Of a stretch of DNA of 64,000 nucleotides, positions 37,412 to 51,507 are shown piece by piece. Positions within the stretch are counted from its first letter, which is position 1. Every line of letters begins with the position of its first letter. The notes beneath the pieces were generated by a model. That model ran no database searches. It saw nothing but the letters and a program-made list of their open reading frames with translations, and was not told where the DNA came from. A program made the position numbers and the translations under genes. The stretch covers positions 1,550,001 through 1,614,000 of the forward strand of contig CM022669.1 in the NCBI GenBank assembly GCA_012295275.1, in the 5' to 3' direction. Source of the DNA: Chrysomallon squamiferum (lineage: Eukaryota; Animalia; Mollusca).

Positions 37412-40400
37412 ATGAAGTCCTCAGTGACACCTACATCACTGAAGACATGTCGACTGTACAAATCTATTGAAAATGACAGCCTCGATGAAATTGTGAAACA
37501 GGTGATAACTTTCTGCAGATCTGGCAATGACATCAACATTCAGGATGCTGTTTCAGGTGAAACATTCCTCCATCATATTGTAAGGCATCACCATCGCTTT
37601 GCCGACCCCAAAAATGTATCCCTTATCTACATGATGGGGTGCAAACTGAACATTGATGCCACTGATGTTGATGGAGAAACAGCACTGCATAAGGTAGTGA
37701 AGAAAAATGGGGCATACAGAATTCTCATTGCTATGATAAGGTGAATGAAGTTAATAATGTCTGTATTATCAACCTTAACTCGTTTTGAAACTGTGTATAA
37801 CTGTGTGCATGTAGTTGTTGGGGAGTGGTTGTTTAATAAAAAAAATTAAAAAAAATTGTATCATAGTGTCATTCATTATAAAAATAAAAGACAATATTTT
37901 GATTTAGCATTTTATTTTTATAAGATGTTCATTTATTTATTTATTTGTTTATATCTAAAGATGTGGTGCAGACACAGAGGTGAAAAACAAAGAAGGTAAA
38001 ACAGCAGAAGACATTCTTCTCACAGAGAAACCAGAAGGCTGGCAGGAAATGTTGCACTGGTTACGCAAATTCAAACCAGGTATCTCAGTAGATTTTTTAT
38101 CTTATGCATAGTTCAGATCATTTAACTTGACCAGTTTTAACAAGAATAAAAGTGTTTCAAACCATTTATCATGAAATTCTCCTTAATGAGTTTTATGGAA
38201 ATCTTGGCTATCAAGGGAAACTATAAAAGTATTCTAATATGTATATCACATTAGTCCTTTTAGACAACTGGTGGTTTACTCTGTTTTACTGTTAGATCAC
38301 TGGATAACCAACAGGATAGCAACAATAGCAGATAATTAATGTTATTACTTTGCTAATTCTAGAACTATTGTTACATTGCAATAATTGCAATAAAAACAAA
38401 ACCATCATGATACATTGATGATACTGATAACACAGAGGTGATGATTATGATAACAGTAATAAAAAATCTTATCTGAATATGATGAAAAAAATAATATTTG
38501 AATTTAGTTTTGCTGAGTGAATAGAAAGGAAGATTAGCACTGGTAATGTTCTCTGTAAAGCAGACATCAGTGAAACTGTTCTGTAATACTGCATATAAAT
38601 ATTGTTATATATGTCAGGTCAACTCAGTAACACTGATCTTAAAGAAATATGATTTTTATAAAAATTATTTATTTACTGAATTTGTTATTCATGAACATTA
38701 TTGAGCATGGAACCATTTCTGTTATTTTATTTTTTGTCACTCTGTGGCTGTTCCCTTCCTTTTTTGATGTAATTAATTTACATATTTTCCTGGAAAATAT
38801 ATTTCTTGCACTCTTTTATTTTTCTATAATAAAATCTATTTCTTCACTCTTTTATTTTCCTATAATACACATAAGATATAAAACAACATAAGATATAAAA
38901 CACACACTGAAGATATGTTCTCACTGCCACCGTGTCCTGACCTACATGTACTGTGATATGAGTGACTGAACTTGACATCTGTTGTGTTTCAGAGAGACAT
39001 TATGATCAGCCTCAGAACAATCATTAGAAATGCAGTCAAGGCTGAAAGCTTTAGTTTGGTTGGATCAATATGCTTTATGATGCACTTCAGTCTGAACACA
39101 GCTTGTATTAAATAAACATATCCTATCAGCGACTAGAAACTCACAGTTTTGCTTAACAAGGGCTGAGTGTTTTGAGTAATAATTTACAACATACATTTTA
39201 GAGAAAGTACTTTTTTTTTTTTTTTTTTTAATATATTTTCATATAAAATAAGTCATGCACTTATGCAGTAAAATTTAAATGATGTACAATATATCATTGC
39301 AATGGCTTTATATGTGGAAAACCATATCAAAGGATGGTTTGAATGAGATCATTTGCAAGTTCAGTAGTTTGTTATTTTAAAAGTTGCTATAATCTCTCAC
39401 ATCATTATTACTCTTTCAACAGATTCTTCTACCATTAAAAAAACAACATTCAGATCAAAATATAATTCATAAATTGTAGCATTACTATTATTATTATCAT
39501 TTTTTATTAAAATGGCTTATGATGATAACAGTAAATAAAATGTCAACATTGTATTTAGACCTGTTGTTTGTAGTAACAAGAGTTAACCTTTTGTAGTAAT
39601 GTGAAGTGCTAACATTAGGCAGAGGACAATTCCATTAGGTTCATTCATTTTGCTGTATCCCCTTCAACCACTACTGTTCCTGTTATCAGATATTTCATTC
39701 TGGTAGAAAACTCATACAGAAGATAATTTGCAGTAATCTTTATCATACAAGAATCAAAAATAAATTAAATAAAATGAAATGAAAATTAAACATAAAACAA
39801 CATCAGCAAACAAACAATAATGTCTAATACTAATAATTAACAAAATCAAAATGACTGTAAATGTTAAACAAACAATCATGCATTCATTCTTTTTACAAGA
39901 TAAAAATTTTTTTATTGTTATAGTAAATATAAATCACAGCTGACTTAATAAGTGTAGTGATGATCAGTGTTAAATTTTAGGACTATGGCGGGCACTGATG
40001 GCTGACAGTCCTGACAAAAAGCTGATTGAGAGACTGTTGAAATCATGGTGTCGTGTCATGGTGCATAAAAACAAACAGCTGATAAATCTCAAGGAAATGG
40101 CTCACAGCAGAGTGGGTCAGCTCGACATAGTCTATCTGATGGAGAAGTATGAAAACACAAATGAGTTTGTTCTTGCTCTGCTTGCAGGAACAGGACGTTT
40201 TATCAACTGCTGGAAACAAAGTGGTATGTGCTGCTGAATCACCACTATAGTGTTCGCTTTGAATGTTAAAATTTCTCAAAAAATGTTCTTCAGATGTATA
40301 ACTTTTTATATAAATATATAGTGGAGGTGATGAAAAGTGTTGTTAATATAGCATAAATACATATTCTAATTAAATCATTTACACTTCAAGTTACTATTTT

Positions 40401-41424
40401 ATTGTTTTGGGTGACCTGTTATCATTCACAGCAAATTAAGACAATAAAATAATTGGTACTATCATGTTATCCTGTACCTATGTGATGGATTGGTTGCTCT
40501 ATTTGTTCTCACTGAAATAACCTTTGACTAAATAGGTTGACCCTAAAAGCAATGCTGTTACTGCTGATAGAATATGGCATCAGCTAGATATTTATAAATT
40601 ATGCTGGTTTCTTTTTATACTTTATTATTAATTAAGTTAGGACAGCAAAACAAAGTCAAATTTGGATGTATGCAGAACATATAAGACAGACCAGAGTGTG
40701 TTTCTTCAAAACACCAAAGATATACTATACATACATATAAATTTCATAGAAAATATATATAATTTTATGAAAAATAATTAGAAAAGATTATGTAACAATG
40801 TGGACATGCATTTATTGATATACATACATACACATTACATAATTTAATATTTACCTGATATAAAAGGTTTTGTTACATATTAATATTGACATTATCCTGA
40901 TTGAGATGTATAATAATCATGTTTACTCCTAATGATACTGTTTTCATTTTAATATTTAAAGTATAAGTAAAAAAAAAAAATTAATAGATATTAATATTTT
41001 GATGGATTTAAAATAGTTAAAAATTTTGTTAAAGTATTTACTAGATTTGAATAATCTTATCAGTATGTTCTGTGTTTTACAAGTTTTCCATCAGAAAATA
41101 TTAATATTATAATGACATTAGTTTTATTATTACAGAAATTAATAGATTTGACTAATTTTAACACTACGTCATATTATATGTTTATAATTTACAGGATTAT
41201 CCATGAACAATATTGACATCAATACACGAGACTACTCTTACCAGTACCGGTATCCAGATTACCCAGAGGTTCCCCAGCCCCTCCTGGCTGCTCTGTGGGA
41301 AAAGAACATTTATGAAGTTATTGACATTCTGATGGAGATGAACCCAAACACAAGTGTTCTTTACTCTAATGAACCTGAGTCAATCAGTCTGCCAAAACCT
41401 TTGTTTTTCCAAGTATAGTTTCCT

Positions 41425-41492
<68 letters not shown>

Positions 41493-44400
41493 AAGAAGAA
41501 GAATCATAGTAATGATAATAATAATAATATTGATAATAATGATGAATCTACAGAAATATTAGTTAAGGAAGTACTAAATTATAAACTTTGTATTGCTTAA
41601 GCTGTTTTATGTCAAGAAAGACAAATGTATTTTGTCTTGCACTGGCTTACTTCCTGTTTGATGGGAGATTTGTGGTTTACCTAGATGCACTGTCTATCAC
41701 GTGATGTAACACATGATTTTAAATGCATATTGGAATAAATATCAAATTATATAACAAACATCGATATAATTTATAACAATACTTAATTTTTATACCATAT
41801 AATTCTGTGTCTCTTTATCAAATTACTAACTCTATATTACAGCTTATTTCAGGACAACCAAAACCATCAGACAAGCGGATAATCCAGCGCATCATTCGTG
41901 GATCAGACATGTCTGCCAGAAACACAAGTGGGGCCACAATCCTTATGGAAGCCATATACTATCAGCAGTCAGATGAATTTATAAACTTCCTCTTTGAATG
42001 TGGTGTCAATGTGGCGACAAGGGCACGTTGTGGCCGTACTGCACGTGCACTATGTGAAGAAATGCAGATGCCAGACAGCCAGAGGTACATGAAGCTCATT
42101 GATCAGCACGTGTTGAGTTTTGTTAAAAGCTGTGACATTGAGAGACTGGAACATCTTGTCCTTCAGTCATATGACCACATATTGGACATTGTGGATGAAC
42201 AGGGTCAAACAGCTCTGCAGATTGCCAGAAAGAAAGGCTCCAAGCAGATGATAAAACTCTTACAAAATATAGTAGCTACTCAGGTATACAAATACTAGTT
42301 ATACTTACAAGTTCAAAGGATCATCTTTCTTTTCTGATCTGGTTTTAATCAGATTGTTCACTATTCTGAATCAAAGATCATTTGTCAGTTTTATTCCACA
42401 TCAGTATTTCAGGTTGTGGAGTATATATTTGATCAAGTGAAGATTTATGAATTGTAAGATTATCATTTGATTAAAATGAAAGCAGCAAGTTAATGTCATG
42501 TTCATACTTTGCTTTTATAGAAGATAAAAAATGCAATAAGACATCAATTTAAATTGCCGTAAAGCAACTTTTACACAGCTTCCTTGGGCACATCCATCTT
42601 GGAATGAACTTTGATGTGTTTTCTTTTGCACTGAAATTGGTATGAATCAACTTATTTTTTAATGAAAGCAGTTTCCTTATTTCAGTGCAGTAAAAGTGAA
42701 TTGAAACTGCAATAGACATATGAACAAAGCATTAGTCTTCATAGCAATAATTTAGTGTGTGTTTGTTTTTATTTTATTTTTCTACATTAAAATACTTTTT
42801 TAAAATTGCTAATGATACCAGTCATTAGTATTGTTTTCTAATTTTATAGTTGAGGTCATCACAGGTAGGCAAAGGTTAGTTAAATGATCTTAATGTTTAT
42901 TTTATGTATTTATTTTGCTTTGGTTTCTTTCCTGGTGGTGACAATGTATTATCTAATTACATTTAACTAAAGCTGACTTTCAGTGAACACGTTGTGCATT
43001 ATGCAGATTCAGTATTCTTTATTAATCACCAGACAAACATTTCACTCACTGAGAATGCTGCAGTTTTTATAGAATTGCCATGTTCTTAGGAAGAACATCT
43101 TAAAAAATTGAAAAAAATATAAACAAAAAACAAAAAAACTAAAAGTCAGTATACACAGGGAAACATTTATAATGAATCTTATAAATCTCATACAGCTTAT
43201 CACAGCTATGAAATTCACTGATCCAAATAATGTCTCGGATAAGAGAGATGGGAAGTATTTAATAAATATTATTTATGTTCTATAACCTGGTCGAATAAAT
43301 CCATCATCACTCTATCTTAAACTTTTTCCTTTTTAAATGATCTATCTATTTTTATCTATGTTTAATCTATCCTGAATGTGTTTACAGTTTCAAAATTTTT
43401 GTTTTGTGTGTGTCTTAATTTATATTTAAGAAATTTCCATTATTAAAAAACCTAATTACAGGAACATGCAAAGAAGGTGTTTGCAGCTATTGACAAAGGG
43501 CAGATGATATTATTAAAAAAGTTACTGACAAAGAAATATGTGCATGCTCTCGATAAATGTAACCGAACAACTGTTCATCACGCCTGTCTCCATCAGCACA
43601 GCAAAATAGTGCAGTTCGTACTGGATGATTCTCCCCAGCTCATTAACGTCACTGATGGTGTAAGAATATCACTTTGTAAAATACAGAATTTAGATTTGTC
43701 AGCATTACTCATTGTAAATTTTAATATATAACTACTATAAATATTTAAATGTTTTTAAATTTACATAATATGAAAAAGTGCTGTAAACAGTGAATTCACA
43801 AACATGCATTAATATGTAATGTATAAAATAAGTAGATCTATTAAACATTCTGTACCATGATTATACTTTTTTTGTGCTATTTTTGTTTTTTCTCAGATGG
43901 GGAGGACACCACTTCACTATGCACGTTTGTTTTTGGATGAAGATGACACAGTAGAGTATTTGTTAATGAAAGGGGCAGACAATTCAGCAAAAGATGTGGT
44001 AGGTTCTGCTATGTAATCTTTTTATATTTAAATCATAAAACTTAACAAATGTTTTGGGATTTTTAAAGAGAAAAATTGGAATGAATATAATTATGTTCCA
44101 ATTATATATTTTCTGCCTTTTAATATACTGTTTAATAAATTATTAAACTTTATTTTATTTTGAAATAGTTTTTAAACAGGGGTCGGCAACCCTTGACCTG
44201 CAGGCCACATCCAGCCCACGAGGTAGCTTAGTTCAGCCTGCCAACTGAACACTTGGAACCAATTATTACATTAACTTTGTTGTCTATTCTTTAAATCTCC
44301 AGACTTGCTTCCTAGCATTCCTTTTTGGTGCTCTATATTGAGCATAAAATAGAGACAGAGAGATATCAGTATGTATGTGTGTAATACATTTAATATCATG

Positions 44401-46102
44401 GCTCTCCTCCAAAACACTGCATAGATGTCTGACCCCCTTTCTCCAAAAGGTTGCCAACCCCTGTTTTAAAAGGATTATAAAATTTCATATTTTTATTTTT
44501 TAATAAACCATTGGTATAAAAATGAACTGGTGTTAAAACAAACAAGTAAACAGAATTTATAAGGCACATTTGTGATTTACTTTCAGAATGGTAGGACACC
44601 ATCTGACTACAGTCGTGAAAACTGTGGTGCTCATGAATTTGCCTTGTTAAAAAAAGCAGTTCAGGAATATGACTTAGAGCTATTTCTAGGACAGACACAT
44701 TTTCTTAAAGCATTTCCTAATGCAATCAGGGTAATTCAGATTCTAGACTACATCATTCAGTTCTAGTAAAACTGTAAATTAAAACAAAATTGTAGCAACT
44801 GCAAATATAATTATTCATTTTTCTTGTTCTCTGTTAAAGTTATTGCATCAGACAATGCCAAAAGAAACATATATATTATTTTTGTAGGCAACCCATTAAA
44901 TTATAATTTACAAATTTGTTCATCTGTTAAATATATGGTTAATGAATGTTAGTTTTGTTTACTGCTGTTGGGATCTTTTTACAGTGCAAAATCATCTTCA
45001 TATACTGTATTGTTCACTTAATATTTGTTGATTTTACAAATGATTATGATAAATACTATACTATAGAAGAGGTTGGTTTATTGTTATTTACATGTCATTT
45101 TTTTTTTTTTAAATGCCTGGCAAAGATCATCTTGTTTTTTTAAATTTTATTCAGGCAGGTGATTTGACAACAGTGAAAACTCTTACCCAGGGACTTGCAG
45201 AACACAATGGTGTAAACAAATTTGACAGTGCTTTGTTTGACTGCATTGACAGTGGTCAGTATGAAATTGCTCAGTTTCTCATTTCCAGTGGTTTTAATAC
45301 AGACGTTTGGAAGGCAGTGAGTAATGATGTACCATTATTATTATTTTTTTTTTATTACTAAACATTACAAATTGTTTATAATTCTTTCTTTTTTACTGTA
45401 TTTTTCATAAATGTACATAATTGTATTATGCTATATTTCACGTTTTGATCTTTTTTATTACTGTATTTTATAACTGTTTATATATATTATTTATTTTTCA
45501 TTTTGTATTGTTTTTATAATTTAATTACTACACTTTTATTGCTGCTTTGTCTTTAAAATTAGAGGTACTTCAAAATATTTAACTTTTTCTTTTCATATTT
45601 AGACTGAAAAATAGCAGAGTTGATATAACATATTTTTACATTATCGTATGAAAAGTGTAACCCTGCTGATGCAAGAAGTATAACCTTGATAATGTAACAT
45701 GTTTATATTACAGTATGAGAAGTGTAACCCAGATGATCCAATGTGTGCTATGATGGAGTGTGATCACTGTGTGACATCATTCAGACAGAGAGCTACTCAA
45801 CTCAAAGCTACATCTGTTCTACAGCTCATGGACGACATTGAGAATGGAAAGGTCAGGTTTTTTTTTAGTGACTTCTAAGGAAGAAAAATATCAATACTAA
45901 TGTAACATGAATTGTACAGATTAATCACAAAGGAAGAAATTACTTTTTGACAGTATTCTCTATTGTTGTAGGTTACATAAATGAAAAACGCTCTTGTACA
46001 TTTCTTTTACAGGTGAAAATTGGGATACCCAACAAACAACGTGTGGATAAAATTGCAACTACAGACATGACTATTAATAATTTCTGTAAATTTGGGTTAT
46101 AA
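37412..46102 (+). CDS. Ankyrin-repeat protein, 11 coding exons, 727 aa: join(37412-37740, 37961-38079, 39981-40223, 41195-41412, 41843-42283, 43462-43659, 43897-43998, 44587-44730, 45155-45316, 45714-45851, 46013-46102)
   Basis: All introns are GT-AG with compatible phases; the 2184-nt join is open to TAA. Ankyrin motifs: GETFLHHIV, DGETALHKVV, GADTEVKNKEGKTAED, SGATILMEAI, GQTALQIA, NRTTVHHAC, MGRTPLHYA, GADNSAKDVNGRTP. The true start could lie in an upstream exon. Confidence 0.9.
44177..44463. mobile_element. hAT (Charlie/Buster-like) MITE in ankyrin-gene intron 7
   Basis: TIRs CAGGGGTCGGCAACC ... GGTTGCCAACCCCTG; near-perfect 8-bp TSD TTTTTAAA/TTTTAAAA. Confidence 0.88.
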
Positions 46103-46691
46103 AAAAAAATGTAGATCATCCTCAATGGCTATTAAAAACCAAGCAATAGTGTTGTATAAATGTATCACAAATGGGATGAATAAACCTGGAAAGAAAAGAA
46201 AGAACATGAAATATTTTATACAGATAAATTTAATATATATGACTTGATTTAGAAAATATGTGATGTCGTGGTTGATAGGTATAACGACACATGCTTCAGT
46301 GTGTAACTGTCATGAGTAAAATATGTCACGGGTAGAATGAGAGGAACAAGTAGGAGTTGTCTCGCTTTAATTAGAGGTTAAAAAAAGCAAAATTAAAAAA
46401 ATACAAAATACAAAAATGTCTTCACAATCTGCATATCACGATTGTTTTTTTGGTTTGTTTTTTGTTTATTCAATTATTTATTGATTTTTTAAAATCCGTT
46501 TCTGTTATTTAATTTAATTATAGTCGGATAGATATATTTTGAACTAGTCTAATACATTTTTGCAATCCTTTATTACTGTCTGAACACAATCGTTTTGCAT
46601 TGTTACGCAAGAAACAGGAATGTCAGTGAACCAGTTTTCACTCTATATCGAACCAGTCAAAAACATGTGAAATTCATATATAGTTGCTCAC

Positions 46692-46902
46692 CTTTACGAG
46701 ATTTTTTAGAATCAAACGGAAACTGTTTTTGATTGGTTAACTGCAAGTTTGTCGACTTCTTTGTCGAGCACTCAGACAGGGACCCAAATACCTTGAGCAG
46801 TTCTGCTGAACAAGTTTCTTCTTCAGAGGACAGGCTACTTTCTTCTGGTATGTTCCTCTGTTTCCCACTTAGAATGATTAATACTTCAGAGTAGTTATTC
46901 AT
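46692..46902 (-). CDS. Possible exon of an antisense gene pointing into the ankyrin gene
   Basis: 70 open Ser/Glu/Lys-rich codons ending at a good donor AAAG|GTGAGC. CpG-rich promoter-like patch at ~47870-47975. Confidence 0.3.
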
Positions 46903-48275
46903 AAGTCCAAAATACGTACATGTATGTATACATTATTGTTCAGTAATGCAGTATATGTAAAGGTGAACATCAAGTAATCTTGAATTGTGTATAGAGCAAA
47001 CAATACATGAATACAGGAAAAAATAAATACAGAATACAAATAATAATAATTATAATAATAAAACCCACAAAAGAAAACGTATAATAAATTAAAAAATTGA
47101 ATAAGAATTGTGCTAATGGTGGAACGATTCATGCTGTATTTTTTTTCATTTTTCGTTATTATGTCACCTGGTGCTTCTTTTATCTACCACTGACTTTGTG
47201 TTTAACATCTGACTGAAGGAGGTATATTGAATTACAAATAAAATCGAGTTTGTGGTACGAGCACAAATACAGATATGAACAATGCCGCTAGACTAACGTG
47301 AGCATATCATGGCACCTCCCGCTCGTCATTAGCGTTACTACGACGCGGCAAACTAAGAAGTGAACCTTGTGCCCCAAGTTTCGACTTCACGGCAAATTGT
47401 TCATACTTTCGAAAGTTCGCAACACGAATGGTCAATCCTATCTTCATCTCTTGGCATTCAGCTATTATAATCTGGGTGTTGTTTCTATCCAGCATCTTTT
47501 GTACGATTGTTTTACTGTGATCTGCATATCTTCGTTGATGATTTCTGATTCCTCTAGGACCATTTTACCTCTCGTTTGTTAGTGTATATGCTTTCTTATT
47601 TCGTGGACTATGTGACAGTATCCATTGTATTGTTGTTTACTCGATGGCACAGCTCACTGCAGAAAAACAAGTAGCAAGATCATTCTGGAGAACACAGAAA
47701 GCATTTGAAAAGAAATCATTTTCCCCTTGTATGTGCTCAATGTGTTGAACAGCTTTTTGATGCATTTGTCGAGGATTCCATTTCTACATAGTAATTGGAA
47801 GAGTACCTACTTGTGGAAATAGATATCTGAACCTTTTCCCTGTCTCTGAGTTCAGGTTGAATCCCTCGACCTCCATTTTTGGCTGTCAACAAGAATTTAA
47901 CACAGCGAAAGGAAAGTGACTGCAAAGAAAAATAGATCGTCCATGTTAGACGAGCGCGCGCCACACACGTGAAAAAGAACATTACAAAGACAGAAATATC
48001 TGTGTTTATATGAAGGTATTTGTGTTATGAAACTTAATTACAATGATTTACTTTGTCAGTTTGGATATACCAACAATCGTGATAAAGTGAAAAATCTGTA
48101 TCATTAATATGTCCAAACTGAACAGATATGAATGTATTTATAACTTTAAAATGAAAAGTAAATGTGAATATAAATTAGTATTATTTTTGTGTTTTTTTGA
48201 GACAGAATGTGTACTTTGTTATTTCCATTTATATTATTGATACAGAATCGCTATTTTTCCTAGCATGTGTAACGT

Positions 48276-48308
<33 letters not shown>

Positions 48309-50209
48309 CATCATCATCATCATTATTATATTATAACTCTCTTATTTAAATGACAATAAATGAATGAATTCAATAGTTATTATTCTCATTACTAGTAATT
48401 AATTCATCTGTATTATTAAATTTGTTTTGTTTTGTTGTACAATTTCTAATTTTATTTTAAATAAATTTCCTAAATATTGTATTGTTAAATAAAATATAAA
48501 ATTTCCTAATAGTTTGTGCTTTTTATAAAGTTTTCTTCTGAAAATTATTAATTTCGAGAACAAAAAGTTACGTTATGAAAAAAATAAAATAAAATAGAAA
48601 ATAGAAAAATAAAAAACAAGAACAAAAAAGCGAATTATACAATGACACTGGTTACCGTGTTTGGATTTTCTGGAAATAAATCTGTATTTAATATTTAAAT
48701 TCGTGTCCTTTTAAATAATCTACGAATAATGCTTGTGTAAACATCAGAAGACAATGTTAGATATGAAGAAGAAAAAAACCTTCTGAATTCTGTCAATGTG
48801 TGTCTGAAATTTTATTTAGTTATTTAACTGAAACAACTATAAGTAATTTGTAATAATGTACAGATGAAATAACAACAACAACATTTTAAATAGGCACGCT
48901 GGTAAACAAAGTTTATTCACCTTCAGATACATTAGGATATATCGTATTCAGTGATACAAAGTATTTCTTCTATACATTCTAACGTACAACAGAAACAAAA
49001 TACACGCTAATATTATGTTTATACAAGAATCAAAAACATGCAACAAAAACTTGATAACATTGGTTCGTTTCTGAATGACGACAACTGCCGATAATATACG
49101 AACATAGTGTGAACATAAAAATCCATTGCAAAGACCTGTTACTTGTTTGGTGTTAATATTGCAGTTTAACAACAAACTGATGCAAAATAATAGGACAAAA
49201 ATCAACATAAACGTAAGGCAAAACATGAAGCAGTAATGTAAATCCGTGTCTGGGAGATCTCACATAGGAGTTACTAACAAGCGTTAACAGTCGTTAATGA
49301 CAAATATCTGCACAGAAAACAAGAAGAAAGCATAACCCAATAGCAAAATCTCGCACAATTTCGGCACCATTCGTAGTTACAAGACCTTTTGTAGTTCGCG
49401 AAATATTTTTGAAAGTCTTTTATAGTATTCATATACATATATACAGAAAGTATAAAAATAACCGTCAAATGTCATTTAACAGTACAATAATAAAAGTAAA
49501 AAGCTATTACAATTACTATTATTATTATAATATCATCAACAATTGACTGCAGTCGTAAAGAATATTGTATAGGCATAAATTATTTATTAAAACTGATGCA
49601 GATAATTATTAACAATATGCATAATTACAATAAGTAATATTGCAATAATAATAAAGTGATTTTCTCAACTACAAATAATCATATTAGAAACATACATGTG
49701 TACAAAATACTAATGACAAGTGAAATGCATATATAAGTATATGCGTGTATGTGTGTGTTTTCATCATACAGCACCAATCAAATGAAATGTTTAATAAAGC
49801 ACTAGATATATTTAAAAGATTACTGCAGATACACCAGTTTTTTTTCCAAAAATATATGAGTTGGGATCGAAGATTACTAATAATGTGGATCCTTTCATAT
49901 ATCAGTTGAATATTTTATTATTAAATCTATATTAATAATATCATTCTAGATGTTTGTCTTTGCTTAGAGATGAAATTTATGCACTAGTCCACATTTTTCT
50001 TTGTTACGATATCCATATTCATATTACGATAATCATATTCATAAATGCCATAAAAATGGATAAAAATAATAATAAATAAATAAAATTTTATATGAAATAT
50101 AATGAAGAAATAAATAATAAGTAATATAATAAATAAATTTAATTCATTCATTTATAACTAAACAGAAAAATGTTTAGATAAAAAACAAATTAAAAATCGG
50201 TTGTTTCTT

Positions 50210-51451
50210 TCAAACATTCGTTTCTTGTCCATTGTTCCCATTTTCTTTTTCCATGGATCCATTAACAGAAACCCACTGTACAGTTGTACCTCGGATACTT
50301 GAGCGCTGGGTACTTCTCAGACTTGAGTACTCCGTCATCGGCATCTTCATCACCAACTTAGCGCACAAATTTCTACACAGAAGCTTTTTCAACTCGCTTC
50401 GAAACATCTTGCCAGTGATAATATAGATTAAAATGTTGATTGCATAGTGTGTAGCTCCGTATTCCTTTATCACGGTCTGAACGAACATGTAAGTAAAATA
50501 CCTTTTCCAGGTGGGATCCTGGGTTACCATAGAATCACGTACATTTTGGTTCCCATCTGGGAAAATGAAGTATATAGCGTATACGATGGTGACAGGCAGC
50601 GTGGTGACGATTTGGTAAAACGAAACAGCCAGAAGCATCACGGTAGTAGCGGAAGTTTTTTGTTGTGTGCCGTGAAGTCTGTGCGTTTCCACCCTCGAAA
50701 GTTTACGCATTTCCTTTATAACCAGAATGTTCAGTGAAAGGATAGCGAGAGGGACAATGAGAAAGATTAAAATTTCAATACACAGATTCCAGATTAGCAT
50801 AACGTTGTTCCCCGTAGGTCCAACCTCAAGTCTAAGATCACATTCATTTTCTGTTTTGTTAAACTGGTAGAAATATCCCTGAATACAGCTCAGAGCCAGC
50901 GACAACAATGTCAGGAAAACGACGCCGATTTTGGCACGCCGTGTCGTACACAGTTTTTCTCTTTTGAACGGGTGACAAATCGAGATATATCTCTCCACAG
51001 TAAACCCGAGAACAAGAAGGGGAGATAAGTACTGACTAGATATGTAGAAAACTGGGTAGATTTCACAAACAACGGCAACATTGAGGACTTGAACATTCCA
51101 AACCATGTGAAGCTCGTAAAGGACGTGAAGCAACAGAAAAATAAGATCGTCTAATGCCAAGGCAGCGAGATAACATCCGGAAGAATGGCGCATGCGTCTC
51201 TGAATCCAAACTATGAAAGAAATGACGTTTCCTGGGAAACCTATTGCGTAAATAATCGGCGTAACGTACCGATCGACATAAACTTTCTGAGGGCTGTATC
51301 GTAGTTCCATTTCAATTTGATTAGCAAAGGGGATGTTCATTAATAAAGGATCGCTGTCATTTACAGAGTTTGTCAGCATGTTTATATTCAATGTTGAATG
51401 TGTACTGCTAGTTGTAAAAGATAGTTCACTTGCGTTCGATGTGAAATCCAT
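50210..51451 (-). CDS. Class A (rhodopsin-like) peptide GPCR, FMRFamide/sex-peptide-receptor-like group, 413 aa, single coding exon
   Basis: Seven hydrophobic segments; motifs GFPGN (TM1), YLAALALDD (TM2), FTVERYISICHPF (TM3), TLP (TM6), AINILIY..GKMFR (TM7/H8); N-glycosylation sequons in the N-terminus. The ATG (MDFTSNAS) sits directly after the acceptor TTTTCAG, so the ORF-track extension to 51562 is intronic microsatellite. Confidence 0.93.
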   Translation of the reverse strand: MDFTSNASELSFTTSSTHSTLNINMLTNSVNDSDPLLMNIPFANQIEMELRYSPQKVYVDRYVTPIIYAIGFPGNVISFIVWIQRRMRHSSGCYLAALALDDLIFLLLHVLYELHMVWNVQVLNVAVVCEIYPVFYISSQYLSPLLVLGFTVERYISICHPFKREKLCTTRRAKIGVVFLTLLSLALSCIQGYFYQFNKTENECDLRLEVGPTGNNVMLIWNLCIEILIFLIVPLAILSLNILVIKEMRKLSRVETHRLHGTQQKTSATTVMLLAVSFYQIVTTLPVTIVYAIYFIFPDGNQNVRDSMVTQDPTWKRYFTYMFVQTVIKEYGATHYAINILIYIITGKMFRSELKKLLCRNLCAKLVMKMPMTEYSSLRSTQRSSIRGTTVQWVSVNGSMEKENGNNGQETNV

Positions 51452-51456
51452 CTGAA

Positions 51457-51507
<51 letters not shown>

